64,000 nucleotides of DNA from Armatimonadota bacterium (GCA_040289885.1 PSLZ01000006.1:37211-101210); one strand, 5' to 3'; positions 54,461 through 63,768 are shown, numbered from the stretch's first letter. Made by a program: numbers and translations. Notes: generated from the letters alone by a model not told the origin.

Positions 54461-56494
54461 ATGTTCAAGAGGCTGTTTTCCCTTCGCCGGAGCGTCTGGT
54501 CCGGAACATGGGCAGGATTGGGTGCAGTAGGGTCGGCTCTGCTCGCGTCGAGCTGCTGCACTCTGCCCATGTTATTGGGTCTGTTAGGGGCAGGGAGTGT
54601 AAGCATCAGCAACACTCTACTTCCGTACCGTCCTTACTTCATCGGGCCGACCCTTGTTTTGCTATCGGTCGCTTTCTACCTGACCTATCGTAAACCTCGA
54701 AAGACGCCGAACCCGGGGCAGGCAGCGGACGACAGTTGCGGTTGCGAGTCCGTGGAAGTTTGTTGCACGAGGAGTACAGGGGTTACTCGCCTCAGCAGAG
54801 CCGTTCTCTGGACAGCGACCGCTGTGGTGCTGGCTTCGCTCCTGTATCCCTATTACCCCTATCTTAAGAAGGGCTGGCAACCTACCATCAAGAAGCCAAT
54901 AAGTTCCGCTGCCTCGCGGCACACCCTCTCATTTCGCATTGAGGGCATGGATTGTGCCGCCTGCGCTTCTCATATCGAGCAAGCTCTGCGGCAGGTGCCG
55001 GGTGTGGAGAACGCCCAGGTGGACTTTGAATCGGGCATCGCATCAGTGGAATGGAGTGCTAGACCTCAGTCTCGTGTGATACCGGCAGAAAAAGAAACGG
55101 AGTTCGACCTGATGGTGATCGGGGGCGGTTCGGCAGGGTTCGAGGCTGCCATCAAAGCGGCAGAACTGGGCGCTCGAGTTGCTCTTGTTGAGGCGGGGAC
55201 TATTGGAGGTACCTGCGTGAACATCGGTTGTGTACCCTCCAAGACCCTGATCAAGGCGGCCGAAGTCTGCTATCGCGCGGCTTATCCGCACTTCGAAGGC
55301 TTGCCCATTTGCCCGACCCCAACCGACTGGCCGCGCGTGGTGCAACAGAAAGACGCTCTGGTAACCGCCCTTCGAGAGGATAAATATGTCCATGTGCTGG
55401 ATATTTATCCGGCCATCCGTTTGCTTCGTGGCAGGGCGCGCCTGACCAGCGAACGCACTGTCGAGGTCGACGGTGTTGCCTACCATCCTGACAAGATTAT
55501 CCTAGCAACCGGTTCCCATCCTTGGGTGCCACCGATCCCCGGCTTGAACGAGGCGGGGTATCTAGATAGCACTGATGTACTCAGCCTATCCACCCTGCCT
55601 GAATCCATGATAGTTGTTGGTGGAGGGGCTATCGGGCTAGAGCTGGAGCAACTTCTACACCGCTTTGGAGTGCAGGTGACAATCTTGGAGGGGCTTCCCT
55701 TCGTGGCGGGATTCACAGAACCAGAGATTAGCGAAGCGTTGACGCTTTATTTAGAAGAGGAAGGCATTCGCATCTGCACTAACGTGCGGATTCAACACGT
55801 CGAGCGCAAAGAGGGACGCTATTACGTCAAGACCCTCAGAGACGGTGAAACAGAGGTGTGTACCGCCGAGCAACTGCTAGTTGCAACGGGGCGACGCCCT
55901 ACTACCACAGGGCTCGGGCTGGAGAACGCCGGGGTGCAGATAGGGCAACGGGGGGAGATCCTCGTTAACGAATACCTGCAAACGAACAATCCCCATATCT
56001 ACGCCGCGGGCGATTGTATCGGCGACCCGATGTATGTTTATGTGGCGGCATACGCGGGTGGTTTAGCCGCTGAAAACGCCTTAACTGGAGCAGGGCGTGT
56101 ATATGACCTGAGCGCATTGCCTCACGTGGTTTTCACCGACCCTCAGGTTGCCAGCGTAGGGCTGACGGAAAGACAAGCGCAAGACAAGGGCTATCGGGTC
56201 AAGACTTCGACCCTACCTCTCAAGAATGTACCGCGCGCCATTGTGTCGCGGGATACCCGCGGGCTAATCAAACTGGTTGCCGAGGCGGACACGGAACGCC
56301 TTCTCGGGGCACACATACTCAGCGTTGAAGCAGGCGAGGTTGTGCAGGAAGCGGTGCTAGCAGTTCGCTTCCGTCTGAGCCTCAAGGACATCGTGGAGAC
56401 GTTCCATCCCTATCTGACTATGGTGGAAGGTATCAAACTGGCAGCCCTCACTTTCGAGAAAGATGTGTCCCGACTGTCTTGCTGTGCTACATAG
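54461..56494 (+). CDS. merA: Mercuric reductase fused to an N-terminal MerT-like membrane transporter domain and an HMA (MerP/NmerA-like) domain.
   Basis: Residues 1-140 carry three TM helices, with a vicinal Cys pair in TM1 (SSCCTLPMLLGLL) and a Cys cluster in the TM2-TM3 loop (DDSCGCESVEVCC), the MerT arrangement. Then an HMA domain LSFRIEGMDCAACASHIEQAL. Then FAD/NAD oxidoreductase with redox-active GGTCVNIGCVPSK and the C-terminal Cys pair ...SCCAT. Confidence 0.8.
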   Translation: MFKRLFSLRRSVWSGTWAGLGAVGSALLASSCCTLPMLLGLLGAGSVSISNTLLPYRPYFIGPTLVLLSVAFYLTYRKPRKTPNPGQAADDSCGCESVEVCCTRSTGVTRLSRAVLWTATAVVLASLLYPYYPYLKKGWQPTIKKPISSAASRHTLSFRIEGMDCAACASHIEQALRQVPGVENAQVDFESGIASVEWSARPQSRVIPAEKETEFDLMVIGGGSAGFEAAIKAAELGARVALVEAGTIGGTCVNIGCVPSKTLIKAAEVCYRAAYPHFEGLPICPTPTDWPRVVQQKDALVTALREDKYVHVLDIYPAIRLLRGRARLTSERTVEVDGVAYHPDKIILATGSHPWVPPIPGLNEAGYLDSTDVLSLSTLPESMIVVGGGAIGLELEQLLHRFGVQVTILEGLPFVAGFTEPEISEALTLYLEEEGIRICTNVRIQHVERKEGRYYVKTLRDGETEVCTAEQLLVATGRRPTTTGLGLENAGVQIGQRGEILVNEYLQTNNPHIYAAGDCIGDPMYVYVAAYAGGLAAENALTGAGRVYDLSALPHVVFTDPQVASVGLTERQAQDKGYRVKTSTLPLKNVPRAIVSRDTRGLIKLVAEADTERLLGAHILSVEAGEVVQEAVLAVRFRLSLKDIVETFHPYLTMVEGIKLAALTFEKDVSRLSCCAT

Positions 56495-56613
56495 GTCTCG
56501 GCACGGTGTTTGGGAAAACGCGCCATTGGGCGTTATATGGAGCCTAGCGGTGTCAGCACGCAGTGCGGCAAACAGCCGGCACGCGGGCAACTGCCCAAGA
56601 CGACCACAGCCGG

Positions 56614-58086
56614 CTACAGACTGCGGATAAACCGCTCCGCTTCTTTCTCGTAGGTGCGGAAGGGGTTGCGCAGTTCCAGCTGCCGCCCCTTGTCCACGTA
56701 GACCATATCCCAGTCCACGATATACGCCCGGTTGCGCGAGGCAAGCAGGTGCTGAATCGCTCGGCTACGCCCATAGGCGCGCGTGTTGTCTGGCGGGTTG
56801 ATGGTGGCGTTCTGGATGTCCTCGTCGGTGACGAGGCGTTGAATCAGCCCCGCCTCCACCAGCCCGTAGTATAGCCCGCGTGACGGGTCGGTGTTGTGGT
56901 ACTCCATGTCGAGGCTGAACATGATGTCGTCGTGCCAGCTCAGCCCCTCTTGCTGACGGAAGGTATCCAGCAGTTTGCGCTTCGCCACCCAGTCTAGGCG
57001 GTCATCCAGGCTCATGGGGTCCAGCTCCAGCGCATCCAGCACATATTCCCACTCACGCAGGGTCCAGTCGGTATCCGCATCGCGCCCGGCGAGGTGCTCC
57101 TTGGCGGTCTGCAGGTAGATACGCTGGAGGTCTACCGCGCGGATGGTGGAGCCGTCGTGCCGGCGCACCACCCATTTCCATTTCGGGTCGCGGCTCACGG
57201 AGCGCAGAGCCTCCAGCGGGTCGGCAAGGCGCACATCGGGCTTAATGAGATTGCGCTCCAGCAGGTCAAGCACCAGGCTGGTGGTGCCGATCTTGAGTGC
57301 AGTAGCGTATTCGCTCATGTTGCCCTCGCCGAACAGGATGTGCAGGCGATGCATGCTGTTATACGAATAGTAGCTGTCCCACTTGGGGTTGATGATGGCG
57401 CGGTTAAAGCGCACGCGCGAGGAGATGGTCTTCACGATGTGGTCAGCGCGTTGGGAGAGCTGGAAATCCACCGTAGGGTCGATCTCCACCGCGTAGAACC
57501 GGCTGACCCACACGTAGTCCATCTCGTGCTCACCGAGGTCCATGATGTTGTTAGAGAAGTCGTTGTAGTTGAGGCGATGTCCGCCCACGCGCCCCGACCC
57601 GGCGAAAATCTGTCGCGTGACCAGAAACGGCAGAAGGTTATACAGGGAGTCCAGGAAGTAGCGGTCTTCGATGCTGACCAGGTAGTTCTCGTGACAGCCG
57701 AAGGTGTGCCCGCCGAAGTGGTCTACCGCATTGTTATAGAACGAGACCCTGTCCTGCCATCCCAAAGCCTGCAGGGCTTCCTGCAGGATGCGTTGACCGG
57801 CTTTCTCATGCGCCACGATGTCGGCGAGGCGCGAGCACTCGGGGGTGGCGTACTCCTCGTGGTCTCCCACAGCGTCGATGTACAGTCGCCCCCCATTGAC
57901 CAGGAAGCCACCGCCGCGTGCTGGCTCGAAGGCAAAATCCCGGCTGTGCAGGTCAATCAGCCCCCGGCGCAGGCGGTAGAACACGCAGTCCTTGACCTTT
58001 TCCACCACCCGCTCGGGTCTGCCCACGCTCTCGTCTCGCACGAGGCATCCGAACTCTGTTTCAATACCGAAGATACGGTTTTCCAT
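56614..58086 (-). CDS. pafA: Pup--protein ligase PafA.
   Basis: MENRIFGIETEFG...NGGRLYIDAVGDHEEYATPECSRLADIVAHEKAG... is the PafA/Dop carboxylate-amine ligase fold. It is shorter than the dop paralog and lacks the WDY...DARGF Dop loop. It sits in the canonical position downstream of prcA. Confidence 0.75.
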   Translation of the reverse strand: MENRIFGIETEFGCLVRDESVGRPERVVEKVKDCVFYRLRRGLIDLHSRDFAFEPARGGGFLVNGGRLYIDAVGDHEEYATPECSRLADIVAHEKAGQRILQEALQALGWQDRVSFYNNAVDHFGGHTFGCHENYLVSIEDRYFLDSLYNLLPFLVTRQIFAGSGRVGGHRLNYNDFSNNIMDLGEHEMDYVWVSRFYAVEIDPTVDFQLSQRADHIVKTISSRVRFNRAIINPKWDSYYSYNSMHRLHILFGEGNMSEYATALKIGTTSLVLDLLERNLIKPDVRLADPLEALRSVSRDPKWKWVVRRHDGSTIRAVDLQRIYLQTAKEHLAGRDADTDWTLREWEYVLDALELDPMSLDDRLDWVAKRKLLDTFRQQEGLSWHDDIMFSLDMEYHNTDPSRGLYYGLVEAGLIQRLVTDEDIQNATINPPDNTRAYGRSRAIQHLLASRNRAYIVDWDMVYVDKGRQLELRNPFRTYEKEAERFIRSL

Positions 58087-58165
58087 AGACCTGCACCTCC
58101 GCGATAGCGATTTCCGAATAGGTTTCGTCAAGTATGACGTCGCGAGCCGCCGCCCCCACCTCCAT

Positions 58166-58185
58166 CCTCCCCGCGGGCGGGGAGG
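58166..58185. other. Perfect 9-bp GC hairpin in the prcA-pafA spacer.
   Basis: cctccccgc gg gcggggagg. It lies between the prcA stop (58237) and the pafA start (58086). Confidence 0.5.
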
Positions 58186-58236
58186 AGGTTTTGGGCTCGG
58201 TATCTGCCTTGCCCTCCGGCTCCGTCGTTGGGCGCA

Positions 58237-59007
58237 TCATACTGGCAGAGCGGGACGGACTTCCTCTTCCTTCAGCAAACGGAACTTGCGCTCCCGCTTG
58301 GTGAAGCGGTCCAGAATCGCCGCCTCGACCTGCAGTTCCTCCATCTGTTCTTTCAGGAAGGCTACGATGCGTTCCTCGCTCAGGCTGTGCGCTCCCTCTT
58401 CCTCTATCTGCGCCTCGGTTGCCCACAATCTGCCAACCGCCCACGCACGCAGGGCACGCTGTATCGCCGTCTGTAGGTCGGGCATGCCTTCGGCATCTTC
58501 GGGAACGAGCTGGCGCACCATCTGCTCTTCGGCTTCGGGAGTGCCTGCCAATGCCGCTGCCCAGTTGAGCGACACGAACTCGCCGTCGTAATTCAGCGTG
58601 TAGAACAGGTCCTCTTCGGGCTTTCTGCCCATCTCGGCGAACAGCGCACGCACCACAAACGGCGCATTCAGCACGTCCCCAAACGCCCGCTTCACCCCCG
58701 GGCTGATAGCGAAACCGACCACCCGCTGGATGGTCACATCATCGGGACTGCGGGCGTAACCCTCCTGATGCGCGAAATCGATCGCCCCCACGCGGATGAT
58801 CTCCAGGTCGCTCTGGTTGCCCAGCCCCGCGAACATCAGCCGGTCGTAAATCTCGAATATCTTGCGCTGGGTGCGGCGGAGCGTTAGAAGCAGTACCCCG
58901 CCGTCGTAGCTGATGCCGGCGACGGGACTACCGTCTCTGAGCCGCTCCTCGATATATTCCGTGCGATGGCGCACGCTTTCGTTGAAATCGTAAGGGGTAT
59001 AAACCAT
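58237..59007 (-). CDS. prcA: Proteasome alpha subunit.
   Basis: MVYTPYDFNESVRHRTEYIEERLRDGSPVAGISYDGGVLLLTLRR... Confidence 0.85.
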   Translation of the reverse strand: MVYTPYDFNESVRHRTEYIEERLRDGSPVAGISYDGGVLLLTLRRTQRKIFEIYDRLMFAGLGNQSDLEIIRVGAIDFAHQEGYARSPDDVTIQRVVGFAISPGVKRAFGDVLNAPFVVRALFAEMGRKPEEDLFYTLNYDGEFVSLNWAAALAGTPEAEEQMVRQLVPEDAEGMPDLQTAIQRALRAWAVGRLWATEAQIEEEGAHSLSEERIVAFLKEQMEELQVEAAILDRFTKRERKFRLLKEEEVRPALPV

Positions 59008-59112
59008 TCTCCGGTTCTTCCTCCCGACCTCTGCCCCGTCTCTTCCGCCTAAAGCGGAAGGAAGCCCCTTGCTTGCGGTAGGAACGGGGGAGGTGCTGTT
59101 GTCAAGGGTGGT

Positions 59113-59895
59113 TTACAGTTTCAGGTTCTTTCTGATTTCAGCCAGTTGCTCTTCGCTGATTTCCAATATTCCATCGGCGGTAACGGCTCGCGCGATGGGC
59201 AGTACCTTCTCGATGCCCGCCGTTGCCGAGTCGAGGTCGGCGGCGATGTCCAGCAACAGCAAAGACTCGCGCAGAGCCTCTTCTATCGTCATCTCGTGGA
59301 AGGGTCCCTTCGTCTTCAGGATATAGTCGAACACGCCCCGGATACGCTCGGAGCCAGAGCCAGCCGCGCCGAACTCCACGCTCTCGAAGCGCGCGCCCAT
59401 GCCGTCGTAGAAGAAGATGCGCCCTTCGCCGCGCTCGAGGTCATAAGCGGAGACCACTGGGATGAACATGCCGATCCCTTGCAGAGCCATGCTGAGGTTG
59501 CCCGCCAACGCGCGCGATACCTCCGCCAGTTTGCCCTCCAGGCTCATCTCCTGCAGTTGGGTGCGTGCATAGTATTTGAACGAGTGCTGGAGGTAACGCA
59601 CAATCTCCATCGCCCGCGCGTAGGAGCCTGCGATGGCGATCAGCGTGTAGTCGTCCAGGGGCAGAATCTTCTCCGCGCGGTCGTACATAATGGCGTTGGC
59701 TGAGGTGGCGCGCCGGTCACCGACGTTGAGCACCCCCTCCCGGTACTTCAGCGCGATGACGGTGGTACCATGCGTTTCGCGCAAAGATACCTGAGCGTGT
59801 TGCGCGGGAACAGGTTCCGGTTCCCGCCACAGCCCGCGCGCCCGCAACAGCGTCATGAAGTCGCCGCTGGTGTTAGCGTTCAGAGGTTCACCCAC
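59113..59895 (-). CDS. prcB: Proteasome beta subunit with propeptide.
   Basis: GTG start. The propeptide ends ...RETHG|TTVIALKYREGVLNVGDRRATS, with the catalytic Thr. Confidence 0.85.
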   Translation of the reverse strand: MGEPLNANTSGDFMTLLRARGLWREPEPVPAQHAQVSLRETHGTTVIALKYREGVLNVGDRRATSANAIMYDRAEKILPLDDYTLIAIAGSYARAMEIVRYLQHSFKYYARTQLQEMSLEGKLAEVSRALAGNLSMALQGIGMFIPVVSAYDLERGEGRIFFYDGMGARFESVEFGAAGSGSERIRGVFDYILKTKGPFHEMTIEEALRESLLLLDIAADLDSATAGIEKVLPIARAVTADGILEISEEQLAEIRKNLKL

Positions 59896-59898
59896 GGT

Positions 59899-60087
59899 CT
59901 ACTCTCCACTACGCTGGCGATATCGTCGCGCCTGGTCGGGGTCCACCCGCTTCATCCGCTTCAGCAGGTCGTTGACGTCCGGTCGGCTGACCTTCGGCGT
60001 GGTGGGTCCCCCTTCCTCGCCGCCCTTGCGGGTGATCGGGTCGGAAGGAATGGTTCGGGTTAATCGGTCATCTGCTTGCCACTGCAT
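59899..60087 (-). CDS. pup: Prokaryotic ubiquitin-like protein Pup, an atypical variant ending -SGE.
   Basis: 62 aa, low-complexity: MQWQADDRLTRTIPSDPITRKGGEEGGPTTPKVSRPDVNDLLKRMKRVDPDQARRYRQRSGE. It has a DDLL..M helix-like segment and a C-terminal Glu, and sits exactly between dop and prcB. Its first 28 nt overlap the dop 3' end. Confidence 0.6.
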   Translation of the reverse strand: MQWQADDRLTRTIPSDPITRKGGEEGGPTTPKVSRPDVNDLLKRMKRVDPDQARRYRQRSGE

Positions 60088-61631
60088 GGCTGGTTTCCTC
60101 CTTCTGCTTCATGCTTGCGCGAGGCGTGCAGTTCGCGAAAGGTGTTGACGAACTCGGTGAGATTGTGCACCTTCGCTAGTTTCTGGATCTTTTGCGGCAC
60201 GCGCTGGGTCACCCACTCGCGCAGGTCTAAGGTAACCACCTGCTCGCCGAAGGTGAGTATCACCCGGCTCCAGGTGATACCGCTGATCGCCTGCGCGTAG
60301 CGCTCCACCAGCGTGCCCCGCACCCACGCCCGGGTGCTGGTCGGCGGATGAAGCATCGCGCGCTCGATATCTTTATCTGTTACTACGCGCCTCACCGCTC
60401 CCATTTGTTCCAGACCCGCGAACAGCCCGTCTTGCGGGTCTATACTATGATACGCCAAATCCAGGCTTTGCACAAGAGGTTCTTTCCATGTGACGCCCTC
60501 GCTTTGGATGAACTGCTCCAGCAAGAGCCGCTTGGCGACCCAGTCCAGGCTATCCGCCAACGCTTGCGGGTCGCGCTCGAGGGCGTCCAAAGTGCTCTCC
60601 CACGCCAGCAACAGCCACTGCGTTTCGGTGTTAGTGTGTGCAAACCTCTGCTGGGCTTCGCGCAGGTACAGACGCTGTATCTCGACAGCAGGCACTCTGC
60701 GTCCATCCTCTAGCTCCACTTCCCACTTCCAGTCGGGGTCGCGCGAGAGCCGGCGGATGGTTTCCACCGGGTTGCGAACGGCGATGCCCGGTTGCCAGCC
60801 CGTTTCGATTATCTCTGTCACAAGGCGGGTTGCACCCACCTTCAGTGCGGTGGCGTACTCGCTCATGTTGGCGTCGCCGCAGATCACGTGTAGTCTACGG
60901 TAGCGTGAAGGGGTGGCATGAGGTTCGTCGCGCGTGTTGATAATCGGTCGCTGGTAGAGGGTGTCCACGCTCGCTTCCACCGAGAAGAAGTCCGCCCGTT
61001 GGGAGATCTGGTAGGGCACATCGCCGAAAACGCCGGGGGTTTCCACCCCCACCTTGCCTGCCCCCGCATACAGGATGCGCGTGACGAAGAAGGGCATCAT
61101 GCCGCGGATGATCTGCTCGAAGGGCACACTGCGGCGCATCAGGTAGCCCTCATGACAGCCGTAGCTGGCGCCGTGGAAATCGGTGTTGTTCTTGTAGATA
61201 TGCACCTTCAGCCCTGTGCGCTTCATGTACTCTTGCGCGCAGTGCCAGACGATGCGCTCGCCTGCACGGTCATGTGCCACCAGCTCGCGCAGGCTGACGC
61301 ATTCGGGGGTGGAGTACTCAGGATGCCCGTGGTCGTTGTAGAGGCGCGCGCCGTTGGGTAGCACACGGTCACTACGGGTCTCTCCCGACAGGTTCGCGGT
61401 GGAGGTTCCTTCAGCGTCGTACTGAGCGTCCACGGGGTCGGTCTGCAGGTACTCCACGTGGAAGCCGCGAGCGTCCTTGCGCGGGTCCTCCCGCCGATAG
61501 TCCCAAGAGGTGGCAAAGGCAGAGGCGGAGTAGCCGCGCACCACCTCTGCCGCTTCGAACACCAGCTCTGAGGGGTTTTTGCCCTCGATATACAGTCCGT
61601 ATTCCGTCTCCAGCCCAACCAGACGCTGCAT
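60060..61631 (-). CDS. dop: Depupylase/deamidase Dop.
   Basis: MQRLVGLETEYG. A Dop-specific loop SWDYRREDPRKDARGFHVEY matches, from my recollection of the Mtb sequence, Dop WDYEVESPLRDARGF. LPNGARLYNDHGHPEYSTPEC and YKNNTDFHGASYGCHEGYLM. Confidence 0.8.
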   Translation of the reverse strand: MQRLVGLETEYGLYIEGKNPSELVFEAAEVVRGYSASAFATSWDYRREDPRKDARGFHVEYLQTDPVDAQYDAEGTSTANLSGETRSDRVLPNGARLYNDHGHPEYSTPECVSLRELVAHDRAGERIVWHCAQEYMKRTGLKVHIYKNNTDFHGASYGCHEGYLMRRSVPFEQIIRGMMPFFVTRILYAGAGKVGVETPGVFGDVPYQISQRADFFSVEASVDTLYQRPIINTRDEPHATPSRYRRLHVICGDANMSEYATALKVGATRLVTEIIETGWQPGIAVRNPVETIRRLSRDPDWKWEVELEDGRRVPAVEIQRLYLREAQQRFAHTNTETQWLLLAWESTLDALERDPQALADSLDWVAKRLLLEQFIQSEGVTWKEPLVQSLDLAYHSIDPQDGLFAGLEQMGAVRRVVTDKDIERAMLHPPTSTRAWVRGTLVERYAQAISGITWSRVILTFGEQVVTLDLREWVTQRVPQKIQKLAKVHNLTEFVNTFRELHASRKHEAEGGNQPCSGKQMTD

Positions 61632-61641
61632 GGGTTACCGC

Positions 61642-63342
61642 CTAGACGATGTTGCGTCGGCTTGCAGATTGCCGTTCGCGGTCCTGCGGGCGAATGGGGC
61701 GTACGTCCGCCACGTTGTCCGGCTCGTAGTCCAGCAGTTTCAGCCAGTCCTCCTGCGAGTCGGACTTGGGGAAGATTTCGCTCTCCTTGTACTCCGTGCG
61801 GATAGCCATCTGCAGGTCCGCTAGCGAGATACCGCTGTCCTCGGCGCACTCGATGGCGCGTTTGATGGCGTAGTCCTTCGCCCGGTCCACTACCGACTTC
61901 AGCAGGGCGCCGCTGACCAGGTCGCGCCAGTAAAGCGTCTCCACCGAGCCGTTGCGCAGATACACCTGCACGAACTCGGTTTCGGGATGCTTGCGCCACA
62001 GGTATTCGATGGCGCCCTCCAGCAGTGCCTCGCGCGCCGCCTCTTCCGAGCCGTGTTCGTGCACTGTCGCCGGGTCCAGCGGGATATTGGGATGCAGGTA
62101 GATCGCCAGAATGTCCCGCGATGCCCGCTTGTCCGGACGTGCCACCTTCACTTTGCGGTCGATGCGTCCGGGGCGCAGTACGGCGGGGTCGATGTAGTCA
62201 GGGCGGTTGGAGGTGAGCATCACCACCACGTTCTCCAGCGACACCAGCCCGTCCATCTCGGCGCAGAATTGCGGCACCACCGTGTTCGAGATGTGCGTGA
62301 ACCTGCCCGAGTTACGCACGCGCAGGATGGACTCGGCTTCGTCGATGAAGATGAAGACCAGATGCCCTTCGCGTGCCTTTTCGCGGGCGGCGGCGAAGAT
62401 TTCACGCACCATGCGCTCGCTCTCGCCCAGCCACATGTTCAATATCTTGGGACCGCTGATGTACATGAAGTACTCGCGCACATCGCGGTTGAGTTGCTTG
62501 CGGTATTCGTGGGTCAGATTGTAAGCGGTGGCTTTGCCGATCAGCGTCTTCCCACAGCCGGGGGGACCGTAGAGCAGGATGCCCTTGATCGGCTGTTTCT
62601 CGAACTTGCGGAACAGCTCGGGATGGAGCAGTGGCAGTTCGATAGTATCACGGATGACTCGGATGGCTTCTTCCTGCCCGCCGATGGCGCTCCAGGGGAT
62701 TTCGGGAACCTCTTCGAAGTAGTAGTCGCGTGCCTCACGCTGGGCGAAGTGCTCCAGAGCTACTTTCAAGTTCGGCTCCATGCGCACCTCATCGCCCGGC
62801 TTGATGGTCACGTCCGCCAGTTCGTGTCCGCGCAGGACCAGCCGTCCCGACATGCCCTGGGGGTCGGATGCCACGCGCAATCGCCCGTCCTCCAGGACCT
62901 CCTGCACTTTGACGATAGGTCCCTGGGGATGATACCCTAGGTCACCCACTACGGCGAAAGCCTCGTTGATGCGCACGCGTGTGCCCACCTTAAGCGTGCT
63001 GGCGTCCATTTGGGGATCGATGTTCGCATAGTACTCGGTGTCGCCAACTGCGATCATGGCAATGCCTTCGGCGGGCGAGCCTAAATACACGCCGATACGG
63101 TTCGCCGGAGAGGTGAGCTTTTCATAGACCTGCTCGTACTCCTGCAGTGCCTTTTGCGCCTCTTGAAACTGTTTCTCGTCCACCTCCAGCTGATGGCGTA
63201 ACAACAGCAGGTAGTTGAGGAGCCGAGCGTCCTGCGGTGGACGAGCGCGGAGGATTTCGTCAAGGAGCGTTAGCGCACGCAGGGAGGTCTCCGGCGGCTG
63301 GAACTCTGCGTATTTGTCTTCGTCATAGCGGTCGCGCTTCAT
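61642..63342 (-). CDS. arc: Proteasome-associated AAA ATPase ARC/Mpa.
   Basis: N-terminal coiled coil, OB-fold region, Walker A GPPGCGKTLIGKA, ...IFIDEAE... The C-terminus ends ...RERQSASRRNIV, with no GQYL. Confidence 0.85.
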   Translation of the reverse strand: MKRDRYDEDKYAEFQPPETSLRALTLLDEILRARPPQDARLLNYLLLLRHQLEVDEKQFQEAQKALQEYEQVYEKLTSPANRIGVYLGSPAEGIAMIAVGDTEYYANIDPQMDASTLKVGTRVRINEAFAVVGDLGYHPQGPIVKVQEVLEDGRLRVASDPQGMSGRLVLRGHELADVTIKPGDEVRMEPNLKVALEHFAQREARDYYFEEVPEIPWSAIGGQEEAIRVIRDTIELPLLHPELFRKFEKQPIKGILLYGPPGCGKTLIGKATAYNLTHEYRKQLNRDVREYFMYISGPKILNMWLGESERMVREIFAAAREKAREGHLVFIFIDEAESILRVRNSGRFTHISNTVVPQFCAEMDGLVSLENVVVMLTSNRPDYIDPAVLRPGRIDRKVKVARPDKRASRDILAIYLHPNIPLDPATVHEHGSEEAAREALLEGAIEYLWRKHPETEFVQVYLRNGSVETLYWRDLVSGALLKSVVDRAKDYAIKRAIECAEDSGISLADLQMAIRTEYKESEIFPKSDSQEDWLKLLDYEPDNVADVRPIRPQDRERQSASRRNIV

Positions 63343-63517
63343 CTGTCATCCTCCCCTGCCACCCGACGCGAGTCGATAGCCGTCAGGTGCGTATTGATTA
63401 TACCCGAACGGTACATCTTTCGGAAGCCCTTTTTGCCCGCAGAAAACAGAGAATCGCTAAATGACTGGAAAAATTGGCGTGTGCCGGCTCGGCATCCGCC
63501 TCGCCCTCCAGTTTCTC

Positions 63518-63655
63518 GTCACCCTGATCGTCAGCGAAGGGTCTCTTTCTTTCGTCACCCTGAGCGCCAGCGAAGGGTCTCTTTCTTTCGTCACCCTGAG
63601 CGCCAGCGAAGGGGCTCAAAAACGAGATGCAGAGCTGGCGCTCAGCATGACGTGA
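63518..63655. repeat. Three tandem copies of a 36-nt unit (gtcaccctgagcgccagcgaagggtctctttctttc; the first copy is degenerate), followed by the inverted-orientation copy of the hairpin repeat family.
   Basis: Copies at 63518-63553 (gtcaccctgatcgtcagc... variant), 63554-63589 and 63590-63615 (truncated). Then ctcaaaaacgagatgcagagctggcgctcagcatgac, the reverse complement of 519-557. No spacers separate the units, so this is not a CRISPR array. Confidence 0.75.
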
Positions 63656-63768
63656 TGAGCCGTTACCCCGCGGGCGCGCAGAGGGCACGGACACCGGGCA
63701 CAGGCAATGCGTCCTAGGCTCCAAACCCCCGCCAGCCAAAATTTTTCAAAAAATTTTTCACCACACCC

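Noticed and set aside
56495-56613. Terminator hairpins between convergent merA and pafA.
   Set aside because: Only short, imperfect stems (5-7 bp with long loops) are present. Nothing compares to the 13-bp hairpin at 7838-7865.
63518-63630. Possible CRISPR array.
   Set aside because: The repeats are directly adjacent with no unique spacers, and no cas genes are in the window.
63394-63739. Overlapping 107- and 113-aa ORFs on both strands.
   Set aside because: They are translations of the 36-nt tandem repeat (repeating RHPERQRRVSFF / AGAQGDERKRPF), not genes.
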